Shown: one piece after another, positions 1 to 9,754 of the stretch
Position numbering within the stretch: position 1 is the first letter of the stretch
How the letters are laid out: the number at the start of each line of letters is the position of its first letter
Assembly: GCA_026391945.1 (NCBI GenBank)
Contig: JAPLDA010000085.1
Span: 8,320 to 72,319 of the forward strand
Length of the DNA: 64,000 bases
Direction of reading: 5' to 3'
DNA from: Bacteroidota bacterium
GTDB taxonomy: Bacteria > Bacteroidota > Bacteroidia > AKYH767-A > 2013-40CM-41-45
Translations under genes and position numbers: made by a program
Notes under the pieces: generated by a model
What the model saw: the letters and a program-made list of their open reading frames with translations, nothing else
Told to the model about the DNA's origin: nothing
Databases searched by the model: none

Positions 1-1
1 C

Positions 2-460
2 GGGTTCGTTAATAAGAATAAGAAATTGTTTGAGTTTGTTCAGTCAGCAAAAGATTCGGCCACCGCGGCTGATAGTATCGATCATTACCTCTCAGGGAAA
101 GGTATGGATAATGAAGTTCTCTTATCCATCAGGCAACTGTGTTCTCCATGGATGCGCTGGTTTATTGGTTTTGATCCGGCAGTTAATCTCCGCAAACTGA
201 ATTGTGCAGTACTGGCATTGAATGGCGAAAAGGATATCCAGGTTCCTGCAAGCCTCAATATTGCTGTCATTGAAAAAATACTGAAAGAGTCAGACAATAA
301 AAATTATAAGACTTTGATCATCCCGGGATTGAATCATCTCTTTCAACCTTGTAACAGTTGTTCGATTTCCGAATATGCGAATATCAACCTCACCATTGAT
401 CCATCTGTATTAAAAACAATCGGTGAATGGTTGGAAGATAATGTTTCATCAAATAAGTGA
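2..460 (+). CDS. alpha/beta hydrolase family protein, C-terminal fragment (5' end outside window)
   Basis: Frame is open back to the window edge. The C-terminal hydrolase-fold signature (GEKDIQVP...IIPGLNHLF) matches an acid/His region. Confidence 0.55.
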   Translation, partial: GFVNKNKKLFEFVQSAKDSATAADSIDHYLSGKGMDNEVLLSIRQLCSPWMRWFIGFDPAVNLRKLNCAVLALNGEKDIQVPASLNIAVIEKILKESDNKNYKTLIIPGLNHLFQPCNSCSISEYANINLTIDPSVLKTIGEWLEDNVSSNK

Positions 461-571
461 ATAACAATTTCACCTGTTGATGAAACAGGTTTGTAGTATA
501 AATTATTTCATCAGAATTAACAGTATCTTTTGTTTACTTTTTATAGCTTTGACGCTCTTAAAATTAAACCT

Positions 572-2617
572 ATGAAAATTACTATTGGCACGGCATTGTT
601 GATCTCAACACTGTTTATTTCCTGCAACACATCATCAAACAAGGATAGCAACCCTTCCCGAGATGTACTCATTGAAAATATGGATACAACAGTGAATCCT
701 GCTGTTGATTTCTTCTCTTATGCAAACGGTGGCTGGATAAAGAAAAATCCGATTCCTGAAAGTGAACGCAGGTGGGGGATTGCCAACCTTGTTCAGAATG
801 AAACATACGATCGTATGAAAAAACTGAGCGAAGCAGCAGCTGCAAACACCAAAGCGGCAGCAGGAACCAACGAGCAAAAAATCGGTGACTTTTACGCTTC
901 AGGACTGGATTCTACAAACATCGAAAGCAAAGGCATCACGCCACTGAAATCAGAATTTGATGCGATCAATTCCATAAAAGACGTACAAAGTGTGATGGAT
1001 GTGATTGCTCATTTGCAGATGATTGGTTGCAGCCCTTTGATTGGTCCGGGTATCAGCCAGGATGAGAAAAACAGTGATGTGATGGCGTTGCATTTTTACC
1101 AGGGCGGAATTGGTCTTCCTAACAGAGATTACTATTTCAATTCAGACACACGAACAAAAAATATCAGAGAAGAATATGTGAAGCATATTGTAAACATGTT
1201 CCAGTTGCTCGGCGATGATGTTGCGAAAGCGAAAAGGAACAGCACCGTTATTATGAAATTAGAAACGAACCTCGCGAAAGCTTCGCGTAAACTGGAAGAC
1301 CTCCGGGATCCATACATGAATTATAACAAAATGAGTGTTGGCGAATTTGGAAAATTAACTCCTTCCATTCACTGGGTTGATTTGCTCAGCAAGATGAATA
1401 TCCGGAACATCGACAGTGTGATCATCGGACAACCGGAATTCTATAAAGAAGTTGAGAACAGCCTGAAGACTGTTAGCATCGAAGACTGGAAAATTTATTT
1501 ACGCTGGAACCTCATCAATGCTTTCGCAGGAGAGTTGAACAATGCCATCGACAAAGAACATTTTCATTTTTTCGGCACCGTGATGAGTGGCGTGAAAGAA
1601 CAACGGTTGCGCTGGAAACGCGTACTCGACAATGAAGAAGGTTACCTTGGAGATGCCCTCGGGCAATTGTATGTAGAGAAATATTATTCTCCCGTTACCA
1701 GGAAACGTTACCAGGAATTAACCGATAATACTTTGGAAGCGTTTAAAGAGCGAATTCAAAAACTGGAATGGATGAGCCCTCAGACAAAAGAGAAAGCTAT
1801 TGCCAAACTGGCCTCAGTCCGAAAGAAAGTCGGTTGTCCGGATAAATGGAGGGATTATTCTTCCATGAAAATCACCAGGAGTTCTTATGTTGAAAATGCT
1901 ATCCAGGGAAATCTCTGGCAGTACAATTATTATGTGAATAAACTTGGCAAGCCGGTTGACCGGGAAGAATGGGACATGACGCCACAGACCTACAACGCGT
2001 ATTACAATCCATCCAATAACGAAATTGTATTACCGGCTGCACAATTCATCGTTCCGGGTTTTCCGGATTCTTTACTGGATGATGCAATTCTTTATGGCTA
2101 TGATGCAGCAAGCACTATCGGTCATGAAATTACTCATGGCTTTGATGATGAGGGAAGACAATTTGATTCCAAAGGTAATTTGTCGCCATGGTGGACATCA
2201 GAGGATTCAGCGCAGTTTGTGAAGAGAGCTCAGTTCATGGTGGAGCAATTCAATCATTATGTGGTACTTGATAGTATGCATCTGAATGGTAAAGCTACGT
2301 TAGGAGAAAACATCGCTGATTTTGGTGGAGTTGTAATCGGGCTTGATGCATTCAAAAAAACAAAACAGTTTAAAGAAGGAAATAAAATCAACGGACTGTC
2401 ACCGGTTCAACGCTTTTTCCTGGGGTATGCATTAGGCTGGCTTGGTGATGTGCGTGATGCTTCTTTGGCTCAGCAAGTGATGACGAACGTCCACGCTCCC
2501 GGAAAATTCCGTGTGCTTGGACCCATGGCTAATATCCCGGAATTTTATGAAGTATTTCATGTGAAGCCTGGAGATCCGATGTACAGGCCCGACAGCATTC
2601 GTGTGAAAATCTGGTAA
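572..2617 (+). CDS. M13 family zinc metallopeptidase (neprilysin/PepO-like) lipoprotein
   Basis: HEITHGFDDEGRQFD (HExxH), GENIADFGG third-ligand Glu motif, NAYY motif, and a lipoprotein signal MKITIGTALLISTLFISC. Confidence 0.9.
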   Translation: MKITIGTALLISTLFISCNTSSNKDSNPSRDVLIENMDTTVNPAVDFFSYANGGWIKKNPIPESERRWGIANLVQNETYDRMKKLSEAAAANTKAAAGTNEQKIGDFYASGLDSTNIESKGITPLKSEFDAINSIKDVQSVMDVIAHLQMIGCSPLIGPGISQDEKNSDVMALHFYQGGIGLPNRDYYFNSDTRTKNIREEYVKHIVNMFQLLGDDVAKAKRNSTVIMKLETNLAKASRKLEDLRDPYMNYNKMSVGEFGKLTPSIHWVDLLSKMNIRNIDSVIIGQPEFYKEVENSLKTVSIEDWKIYLRWNLINAFAGELNNAIDKEHFHFFGTVMSGVKEQRLRWKRVLDNEEGYLGDALGQLYVEKYYSPVTRKRYQELTDNTLEAFKERIQKLEWMSPQTKEKAIAKLASVRKKVGCPDKWRDYSSMKITRSSYVENAIQGNLWQYNYYVNKLGKPVDREEWDMTPQTYNAYYNPSNNEIVLPAAQFIVPGFPDSLLDDAILYGYDAASTIGHEITHGFDDEGRQFDSKGNLSPWWTSEDSAQFVKRAQFMVEQFNHYVVLDSMHLNGKATLGENIADFGGVVIGLDAFKKTKQFKEGNKINGLSPVQRFFLGYALGWLGDVRDASLAQQVMTNVHAPGKFRVLGPMANIPEFYEVFHVKPGDPMYRPDSIRVKIW

Positions 2618-2638
2618 GATGTTTAACAACTTCAGAAT

Positions 2639-2676
2639 GAAAATCCCGTGCTGTTTTTGTACGGGATTTTTTTTGA
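2639..2676 (+). terminator. rho-independent terminator after the M13 peptidase gene
   Basis: AAAATCCCGTGC-tgttttt-GTACGGGATTTTTTTT stem-loop followed by a T-run. Confidence 0.75.
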
Positions 2677-2738
2677 TCGATTAAATGAATACATGCCGGG
2701 CCGGGTAAAATATCAGATCTATCTTTTATCTTTGTGAA

Positions 2739-3485
2739 ATGAGAAGAACAATCGTTGTCATCATCTTTTGTATATTTAGTGTCATCACTTTTGCACAAAC
2801 CTTCCAGGTATTCAAAGGGGATACCATTAACCGGAGAGACAAAAATGGTTTGCAACAGGGAATATGGAGGAAGTATTTTCCGAATGATTCACTTTTTTCC
2901 GAATGTATATTTAAAAATGGAAAACATTCCGGAGCATTTAAGACCTACTACAAAAGCGGGAAACTTCAGTCCATTCTTCAATACCATGGATCGAATGAAA
3001 CCAGTCATGCATTGGTTTATTTTGAGAACGGGAAGATGAAGGCAAAGGGTAAATATGTTGACAAAAACAAAGACAGTGTTTGGACTTATTTTGATGAAAA
3101 AGAAAGGATCACTTCAACAGAATTTTATTCGAAGGGGAAAAAGGAAGGAACCTGGAAAGTGTTTTATTCAAATGGAAATGTATCTAGAGAAATATCGTAC
3201 AGGAATGATCTAAAAAATGGTATCTACCGAGAGTATTTTGAAGACGGGAAAAAGAAAGCAGAGGCATTTTTGAAGAATGGAGATTACGATGGTCCGGCTC
3301 TCGTGTATCATCCGAATGGTAATATTTGGATGAAAGGCAACTATAAAAATGGCATCCATGAAGGCACCTGGAATATTTTTAAAGAGAATGGGGAAAAGGA
3401 TCACGATGAAATTTACAAAGGTGGTAACCTGACGAATCCTGTTCCTGAAAAGGAGGAAAGACTTCCTGAACCCCAGCAGAAATAG
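2739..3485 (+). CDS. MORN-variant repeat (YwqK-like) exported protein
   Basis: Signal peptide, then repeated G-x-W-x-x-Y/F-x-NGK motifs (GKKEGTWKVFYSNGNV, LKNGIYREYFEDGKK, IHEGTWNIFKENGEK). Confidence 0.7.
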   Translation: MRRTIVVIIFCIFSVITFAQTFQVFKGDTINRRDKNGLQQGIWRKYFPNDSLFSECIFKNGKHSGAFKTYYKSGKLQSILQYHGSNETSHALVYFENGKMKAKGKYVDKNKDSVWTYFDEKERITSTEFYSKGKKEGTWKVFYSNGNVSREISYRNDLKNGIYREYFEDGKKKAEAFLKNGDYDGPALVYHPNGNIWMKGNYKNGIHEGTWNIFKENGEKDHDEIYKGGNLTNPVPEKEERLPEPQQK

Positions 3486-3583
3486 TATCTTTGCCGCATG
3501 ATTCAAGGGTTCATTCCGAACGAATGTCAATCTTTGAAGTCCCCCGATAACCCAATCCTGACTTCTTTTATTCAGAAATAGAC

Positions 3584-4690
3584 ATGAGCAAAGGTCGTGT
3601 ATTAATGGCAATGAGTGGTGGCATCGACAGTTCGGTGTCGGCCATCTTGCTTCATGAGCAAGGTTATGAAGTGGTGGGGATTACCATGAAGACCTGGGAT
3701 TATGCCGCATCAGGTGGTTCAAAAAAGGAAACAGGATGCTGCTCCCTCGACAGCATCAATGATGCGCGGGGCATTGCAGTTGACAAAGGATTTCCTCATT
3801 ACATCATCGATATCAGGGAAGAGTTTGGGAATCATGTGATCGGTAATTTTGTCGAAGAATACCTGGCCGGAAGAACTCCCAATCCTTGTGTGATGTGCAA
3901 CACTCACATCAAATGGGAAGCACTTTTGAAGAGGGCCGATATGCTCAATTGTGAGTTCATCGCGACTGGCCATTATGCCAATGTCAGGGAAGAAAACGGC
4001 CGCTACGTTATTTCCAAAGGTGCAGATGATTGGAAAGATCAGAGTTATGTCTTGTGGGGCGTAAGCCAGGAATGTTTATCACGAACCATGTTCCCGGTTG
4101 GAAAATTCAGAAAACCTGAAATCAGGGAGATGGCTCTTGAAATGGGATTCACCGAATTGGCAAACAAAAGTGAGAGTTATGAGATTTGTTTTATTCCTGA
4201 CAACGATTACCGTTCATTTTTGAAGAGGCAGGTTCCTGGTATTGAGGACAAATTAGCCAATGGAAATTTTGTAACTTCCTGCGGGAAAATTCTTGGAAAA
4301 CACAATGGTTATCCTTTTTATACCATTGGTCAAAGAAAGGGATTGGAGATTGCTTTAGGTGAACCCATGTATGTTACTGAAATAAACCCAGAAACGAATA
4401 CGGTTGTACTGGGTTCAATAGACGAATTAAAGCGTCAGGAAATGTGGGTAAAAGATGTAAACTTTATCAAATATGCTTCGTTAGATGATTCTAAAGAAGC
4501 TGTCACCCGCATACGTTATAAAGATAAGGGAACATACAGTACCCTGGAACAAAAAGGAAAAACCATTAAAGTCACTTTCCATGCTCCGGTCAGTGCAGTT
4601 GCTCCCGGTCAGTCGGCTGTATTTTATGAAGGCAATGATGTAATTGGTGGCGGTTTTATCGCTAAAGATAAACCGGATGAAGTTGCTTAA
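3584..4690 (+). CDS. mnmA: tRNA 2-thiouridine(34) synthase MnmA
   Basis: PP-loop AMSGGIDSSV and conserved CC..D / CN motifs; typical length of 368 aa. Confidence 0.9.
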   Translation: MSKGRVLMAMSGGIDSSVSAILLHEQGYEVVGITMKTWDYAASGGSKKETGCCSLDSINDARGIAVDKGFPHYIIDIREEFGNHVIGNFVEEYLAGRTPNPCVMCNTHIKWEALLKRADMLNCEFIATGHYANVREENGRYVISKGADDWKDQSYVLWGVSQECLSRTMFPVGKFRKPEIREMALEMGFTELANKSESYEICFIPDNDYRSFLKRQVPGIEDKLANGNFVTSCGKILGKHNGYPFYTIGQRKGLEIALGEPMYVTEINPETNTVVLGSIDELKRQEMWVKDVNFIKYASLDDSKEAVTRIRYKDKGTYSTLEQKGKTIKVTFHAPVSAVAPGQSAVFYEGNDVIGGGFIAKDKPDEVA

Positions 4691-5363
4691 ATCATTATTG
4701 ATTTTTATTCTCACGATCGTTTTATTTCATGCCTGTAAAAAGGACAGTGTTATTCCTGCTGAACCTTCCTTCAATTATTTTCCAGTAGAGAAGGGAACGT
4801 TCGTGACGTATGATGTCGATTCTGTGCTTCATGCTGATAACGACAACAAGACCGATGATTCAGTTTACTACTGGCATTTCCAGTTAAAGGAAGTAATTGA
4901 TTCCAGTTTCCTTGACGGACAGGGAAGGGTTGCTCAGGTAATCCGGCGTTTCAAAAGAGATAATGATACGCTTTCATGGAACTTTGTCAACATTTGGACA
5001 CAAGTGCTTACAAATTTTGCCGCTTATAAAACCGAGGATAATATTCCCTTTCATAAATTAAGTTTTCCCATCAACAACCACATCTCATGGAATGGGAATG
5101 ATGCCAATACCGGTGATGAGGAAATGTACGGGTATGAAGATTTTCATGTTTTTTATACGCTGAATCACCTCAACTTTGATTCTGCACTGATCGTTCTTCA
5201 AAGAGACGATGATAATTTTGTTGAGAAGGTGTACGGGAAGGAAATCTATGCGAATCATGTTGGGATGATCTTTAAGGAAAGAGATGATTTGAAGAAAGTG
5301 AACGGCATGGTGGTGGAAGGAACCGAATTTAAAATGAGAGTAATCGCATACGGGCAGGAGTAA
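4677..5363 (+). CDS. hypothetical lipoprotein
   Basis: Lipobox signal MKLLKSLLIFILTIVLFHAC. Overlaps the mnmA stop by 14 nt (operon-like). No family recognised. Confidence 0.5.
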   Translation: MKLLKSLLIFILTIVLFHACKKDSVIPAEPSFNYFPVEKGTFVTYDVDSVLHADNDNKTDDSVYYWHFQLKEVIDSSFLDGQGRVAQVIRRFKRDNDTLSWNFVNIWTQVLTNFAAYKTEDNIPFHKLSFPINNHISWNGNDANTGDEEMYGYEDFHVFYTLNHLNFDSALIVLQRDDDNFVEKVYGKEIYANHVGMIFKERDDLKKVNGMVVEGTEFKMRVIAYGQE

Positions 5364-5528
5364 TATTTAGCGGTTGATTTTTTCTTTGAATGAATGTCAC
5401 GGTAGACTTCCCGTTTGATTATTCGCAATGATCTTTTTTCATACTTCTGTTCCGCGTTTCACAGTCTTCATTTTAGAATTTTTGCTTTAAAACCTTTATA
5501 CCTTTACAGGCATCAATTTTTTTTAGCT

Positions 5529-8279
5529 ATGGATAAACTAAATTACCTCAGTGATGAGGAGAATTCAGAAATACTTTTGCTTTACAGGAAGTACCAAAAT
5601 AATCCGGAATCAGTAGATGACAACTGGAGGCTTTTTTTTGAAGGATATGAATTTGCCCAACAAGATACTTCCGCGGTTAAATCAGTTAAAAGTTCAACGG
5701 ATGCTTCGGCAAGGCAGGAAAACATCGATCCCGAATTTAAAGTCGTGAACCTGATCAACGGGTACCGTTCCCGGGGACATCTTTTTACAAAAACAAATCC
5801 TGTCAGAGAGAGGAGAACGTATTCACCGACACTTGATATGGAGAATTTCGGACTTGTTCCTGCAGACCTTGAAACAGTTTTCCATGCCGGTTCATTGATC
5901 GGTATTGGCGCATCTAAACTGAAAGACATCATTGCTCACCTCGAAGCTACCTACTGCGAAAGCGTGGGTGCCGAATATAAATACATACGCACTCCTGAAA
6001 TCGTAACATGGCTTGAGCAAAAAATGGAGGGTTCAAAAAACTCGAAAGAGTTTTCAATCGAAGAAAAAAAAGATATCCTGAAAAAAATAAATTCTGCGGT
6101 TGCTTTTGAAAATTTTATTCATACAAAATTTGTTGGGCAGAAAAGATTTTCACTGGAAGGATGTGAAGCTCTGATCCCTGCATTGAATGCTGTGATTGAA
6201 TGCGGGGCAGAACTCGGGATCAGGGAATTTGTGATTGGTATGGCTCACCGCGGCCGGCTGAATGTTCTTGCGAACACGTTGGGTAAATCGTACGAAGAAA
6301 TCTTCACGGAATTTGAAGGACTTGACTACGATGAAAACACATTTTCCGGTGATGTAAAATACCACCTTGGATTTTCCAGCGTCATTGCAACCAAAGGAGG
6401 GAAGGAAATTCGCCTGGGACTTGCTCCAAATCCTTCACACCTCGAAGCAGTTGATCCGGTTGTTCAGGGGATGGTGCGCTCGAAGATTGATCAGGCTCCC
6501 GGTGCTGATGAGAACAGCATTGCGCCGATCCTGATTCATGGTGATGCCGCAATAGCTTCCCAGGGCGTGGTGTACGAGGTTATCCAGATGTCGCAATTAA
6601 AAGGATTCAGCACCGGTGGCACCATACACCTCGTGATCAATAACCAGATCGGGTTTACCACCAATTACCTGGATGCACGTTCATCCACGTACTGTACAGA
6701 TGTTGCAAAGGTGACTTTGTCGCCCGTATTTCATGTGAATGCCGATGATGTGGAAGCCGTGATTTACACCATTCAGCTGGCGATGGAATTCAGGCAGAAG
6801 TTTCACCGGGATGTTTTTATCGATATGCTGGGTTACCGGAAATACGGACACAATGAAAATGATGAACCCAGATTTACACAACCGCTTTTGTATAAAGCGA
6901 TCGCCTCTCACCCAAACCTCCGGGAAATGTACAATTCCAAACTGCTGAAGCAAGGTGAAGTTGAAGCAGATCTTGCAAGAGAAATGGAGAAGGAATATAA
7001 GGCGATGCTTCAAAAAGACCTCGATCTGGCAAGGCAGGCAAAGACAAAATCAAACCCGAATCAGAAAGTAATTGAAAAAGGAAAATGGAAAGGACTTCGT
7101 TTTGCTGAAATAAAAGACTTCGATTTTTCTCCTGAAACACTAGTTGAAAAAAGTAAGCTCGTTGATATCGGTGAGCGGATTTCAGATTTGCCTCCCGGTA
7201 AAAAATTTTTCGATAAAACGGTCCGGCTTTTTGCCGACAGAAAGAAGATGATTCAAAGCGGAGATAAAATCAATTGGGCCATAGCGGAACTGTTGGCTTA
7301 CGGAACGCTTGTCTCAGAAGGACACATGGTTTGGTTTTCCGGGCAGGATGTTGAGCGGGGAACTTTTTCTCACCGACATGCCGTGGTTCCTGTTGAAGAG
7401 AGTGAAGAACATTACGTACCGCTGAATAACATTGCAAAAGGACAATCACCTTTTTATATTTTCAACAGTCCATTAAGTGAGTATGCCGTATTGGGTTTTG
7501 AATTCGGTTATGCTTTGTCATCGCCTGGTGCACTTGTAGTTTGGGAAGCACAATTCGGGGATTTTGTAAACGGAGCCCAGGTGATCATTGATCAGTATAT
7601 CAGCAGTGCAGAGAGTAAATGGAGACTGATGAATGGGCTCGTGATGTTGCTGCCGCACGGTTACGAAGGGCAGGGTGCTGAACATTCGAGCGCAAGACCG
7701 GAGAGATTGCTTCAATTGTGCGCCCAGTTGAATATGCAGGTGGTAAATTGTACAACACCGGCTAATTTTTTTCATGTGCTCAGGAGGCAATTGAAACGGG
7801 AATTCAGGAAACCGCTGGTTGTACTTACTCCGAAAAGCCTGCTTCGTCATGAACGTTGCTTTTCAGCCATTGAGGAATTCACTTCTGGTGGTTTCAAAGA
7901 AATCATCGATGATGCAGGTTTTGAAACCGGGAGCGACCAGGTGAAAAAGATTGTTTTTTGCAGTGGTAAAATTTATTTTGATTTAGCGGCACGCCGTGAA
8001 AAAGAAACCAGGAGGAACATGGCAATTGTCCGAATAGAGCAACTCTATCCTTTTCCTGAAAAACAATTTCAGTCGCTGCTGTTAAAATATGAAAAGGCGA
8101 AGGAGTTTCTGTGGGTACAGGAAGAACCAGCCAACATGGGAGCATGGAATTATTTACAAAGCATATTTCCCACCGGCTCATTTCGACTTATTTCCAGACC
8201 GGAAAGTGCAAGTCCTGCGACAGGTTCTTACAAAACACATGAGCGGGAGCACCAACAAATACTGGATGAGTTATTTTAG
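5529..8279 (+). CDS. sucA: 2-oxoglutarate dehydrogenase E1 component
   Basis: N-terminus MDKLNYLSDEENSEILLLYRKYQ, TPP-dependent E1 architecture across the whole length, ~917 aa. No sucB lies downstream. Confidence 0.9.
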   Translation: MDKLNYLSDEENSEILLLYRKYQNNPESVDDNWRLFFEGYEFAQQDTSAVKSVKSSTDASARQENIDPEFKVVNLINGYRSRGHLFTKTNPVRERRTYSPTLDMENFGLVPADLETVFHAGSLIGIGASKLKDIIAHLEATYCESVGAEYKYIRTPEIVTWLEQKMEGSKNSKEFSIEEKKDILKKINSAVAFENFIHTKFVGQKRFSLEGCEALIPALNAVIECGAELGIREFVIGMAHRGRLNVLANTLGKSYEEIFTEFEGLDYDENTFSGDVKYHLGFSSVIATKGGKEIRLGLAPNPSHLEAVDPVVQGMVRSKIDQAPGADENSIAPILIHGDAAIASQGVVYEVIQMSQLKGFSTGGTIHLVINNQIGFTTNYLDARSSTYCTDVAKVTLSPVFHVNADDVEAVIYTIQLAMEFRQKFHRDVFIDMLGYRKYGHNENDEPRFTQPLLYKAIASHPNLREMYNSKLLKQGEVEADLAREMEKEYKAMLQKDLDLARQAKTKSNPNQKVIEKGKWKGLRFAEIKDFDFSPETLVEKSKLVDIGERISDLPPGKKFFDKTVRLFADRKKMIQSGDKINWAIAELLAYGTLVSEGHMVWFSGQDVERGTFSHRHAVVPVEESEEHYVPLNNIAKGQSPFYIFNSPLSEYAVLGFEFGYALSSPGALVVWEAQFGDFVNGAQVIIDQYISSAESKWRLMNGLVMLLPHGYEGQGAEHSSARPERLLQLCAQLNMQVVNCTTPANFFHVLRRQLKREFRKPLVVLTPKSLLRHERCFSAIEEFTSGGFKEIIDDAGFETGSDQVKKIVFCSGKIYFDLAARREKETRRNMAIVRIEQLYPFPEKQFQSLLLKYEKAKEFLWVQEEPANMGAWNYLQSIFPTGSFRLISRPESASPATGSYKTHEREHQQILDELF

Positions 8280-8311
8280 GATGATCACGTCAGTTGAAGT
8301 CGATCATAAAA

Positions 8312-8338
8312 AAAGAGCTCCCATTGAGGAAGCTCTTT
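8312..8338. terminator. bidirectional hairpin between convergent sucA and susD
   Basis: AAAGAGCTCC-cattgagg-AAGCTCTTT palindrome between the two stop codons. Confidence 0.6.
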
Positions 8339-8360
8339 GAGAAATATCTCTCAGCCTTTT

Positions 8361-9728
8361 TTAATGATCCCAAAAGATTCTCGGTGAATAAAGAGTGGAT
8401 GCAGGAACATTAGCCGCATTGTAAGTATATTCAGTTTGCGTATAAAGGAACCTTCGTGGAATTTGACTGCCGGCGACAGGTGCTAAGGTAGGAGCATTTG
8501 TTCTCCGCCATACTGTCCATGCTTCCGGGTTTAAATAAAGAGATATCCATTCTTCATAAGCAATCGATGCTATTGCAGTATCAACCGATGTACTTGAAAT
8601 CGTTCCATAAGCAGTTAGGTATGCAGAAGCAGCCGAAGAGGAAACTCCTAATCTTGTCATGTTAGCCTGAATTGCACTCTGGAAATCAGTTTGAGCACCG
8701 GCAAAATCTGCACTTGCCCTGAGTTTAGCTTCTGCTTTTATAAAGAGTAATTCTTCGTAAGGGATAAATACAGCAGGAGCATTCGCCGCGCCATAAAAAT
8801 CTCCTAAGCCGACTCCGTTTACATCATTGAAAGTACTGTCGAAAAGAACCTGGTACCGCGGGTCGGTATTTACAGCCATTGCATTTGCAAGTGTGCTGGT
8901 TGTAAAACTAATGTCAGCACGGTTTTCATTGTACTGGTACATTGCGTTCGCACCTGTTTCATCCGTACTGAATGGAAACTGGGCTGAAGTAAAACCAGAG
9001 GAATCCAAACTCAGAGCCACTTCCGTCAAAGCTGAATTAGCCATGGCAACATTTCCTTTGCTCTGATGAATATAGAGTCTTGCTTTAATGGCATGTGCAA
9101 AGGCAATCCATTTTGTCGCGTCACCATTATAAATCACGTCTTCACCGTGTTGCGAAGGTTTATCGGGACCAAGAACAGGGTTAGATAAATAGGTTATGCC
9201 ATTATCTAAGAGTTGATGAATGGAAACGTATAAATTAACATCAGAATCATAAGCTGGGTGAAGATTATCCAATCCCTTAAATGCTTGAGAATATGGAGCA
9301 CTTCCCCATGCATCAACTACTTGTTGAAGAGCGAACGCCATTAAAACCCTTGATATTCCACTGTATTGATTATCACCTCTTGTGTCAGCAAGTTGCATAA
9401 GTTTTAAATCATTTTCCATTACGGAAGTATACCAGTTAGACCAAGGATCATCCAGATCCTGAGAAGTAACGACGTATTGATCATATGCATAAGCCTGACG
9501 GGAAACACCTTGAACTTGCTGAGTAAACAATGCTGTAAAGAAACTATGGGTAGAAGTTTGGGTGTAACCCATTGCACCTTCCACGCTTGTCAGTAATACA
9601 TAAGGCACAACAGCAGGAGGGGTATTGGGATTATTATTTACATCGGTGAAAAAATCCTTTTTACACGATGTTACTGTTAGCAGAGAAAGTATCGCTAACG
9701 TTGACAGAATATATTTTATATTTTTCAT
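8361..9728 (-). CDS. susD: SusD/RagB family nutrient-binding outer-membrane lipoprotein
   Basis: Lipoprotein signal ...LTVTSCKKDFF. SusD-like composition. Sits immediately downstream of a SusC-type gene. Confidence 0.85.
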   Translation of the reverse strand: MKNIKYILSTLAILSLLTVTSCKKDFFTDVNNNPNTPPAVVPYVLLTSVEGAMGYTQTSTHSFFTALFTQQVQGVSRQAYAYDQYVVTSQDLDDPWSNWYTSVMENDLKLMQLADTRGDNQYSGISRVLMAFALQQVVDAWGSAPYSQAFKGLDNLHPAYDSDVNLYVSIHQLLDNGITYLSNPVLGPDKPSQHGEDVIYNGDATKWIAFAHAIKARLYIHQSKGNVAMANSALTEVALSLDSSGFTSAQFPFSTDETGANAMYQYNENRADISFTTSTLANAMAVNTDPRYQVLFDSTFNDVNGVGLGDFYGAANAPAVFIPYEELLFIKAEAKLRASADFAGAQTDFQSAIQANMTRLGVSSSAASAYLTAYGTISSTSVDTAIASIAYEEWISLYLNPEAWTVWRRTNAPTLAPVAGSQIPRRFLYTQTEYTYNAANVPASTLYSPRIFWDH

Positions 9729-9754
9729 AGCTGATTTTTTTGATTTAGTTATTA

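Noticed and set aside
5415-5528. A 38-codon upstream extension of sucA.
   Set aside because: The conserved E1 N-terminus begins at MDKLNYLSDEEN (5529). The upstream residues are hydrophobic and junk-like and overlap the likely promoter.
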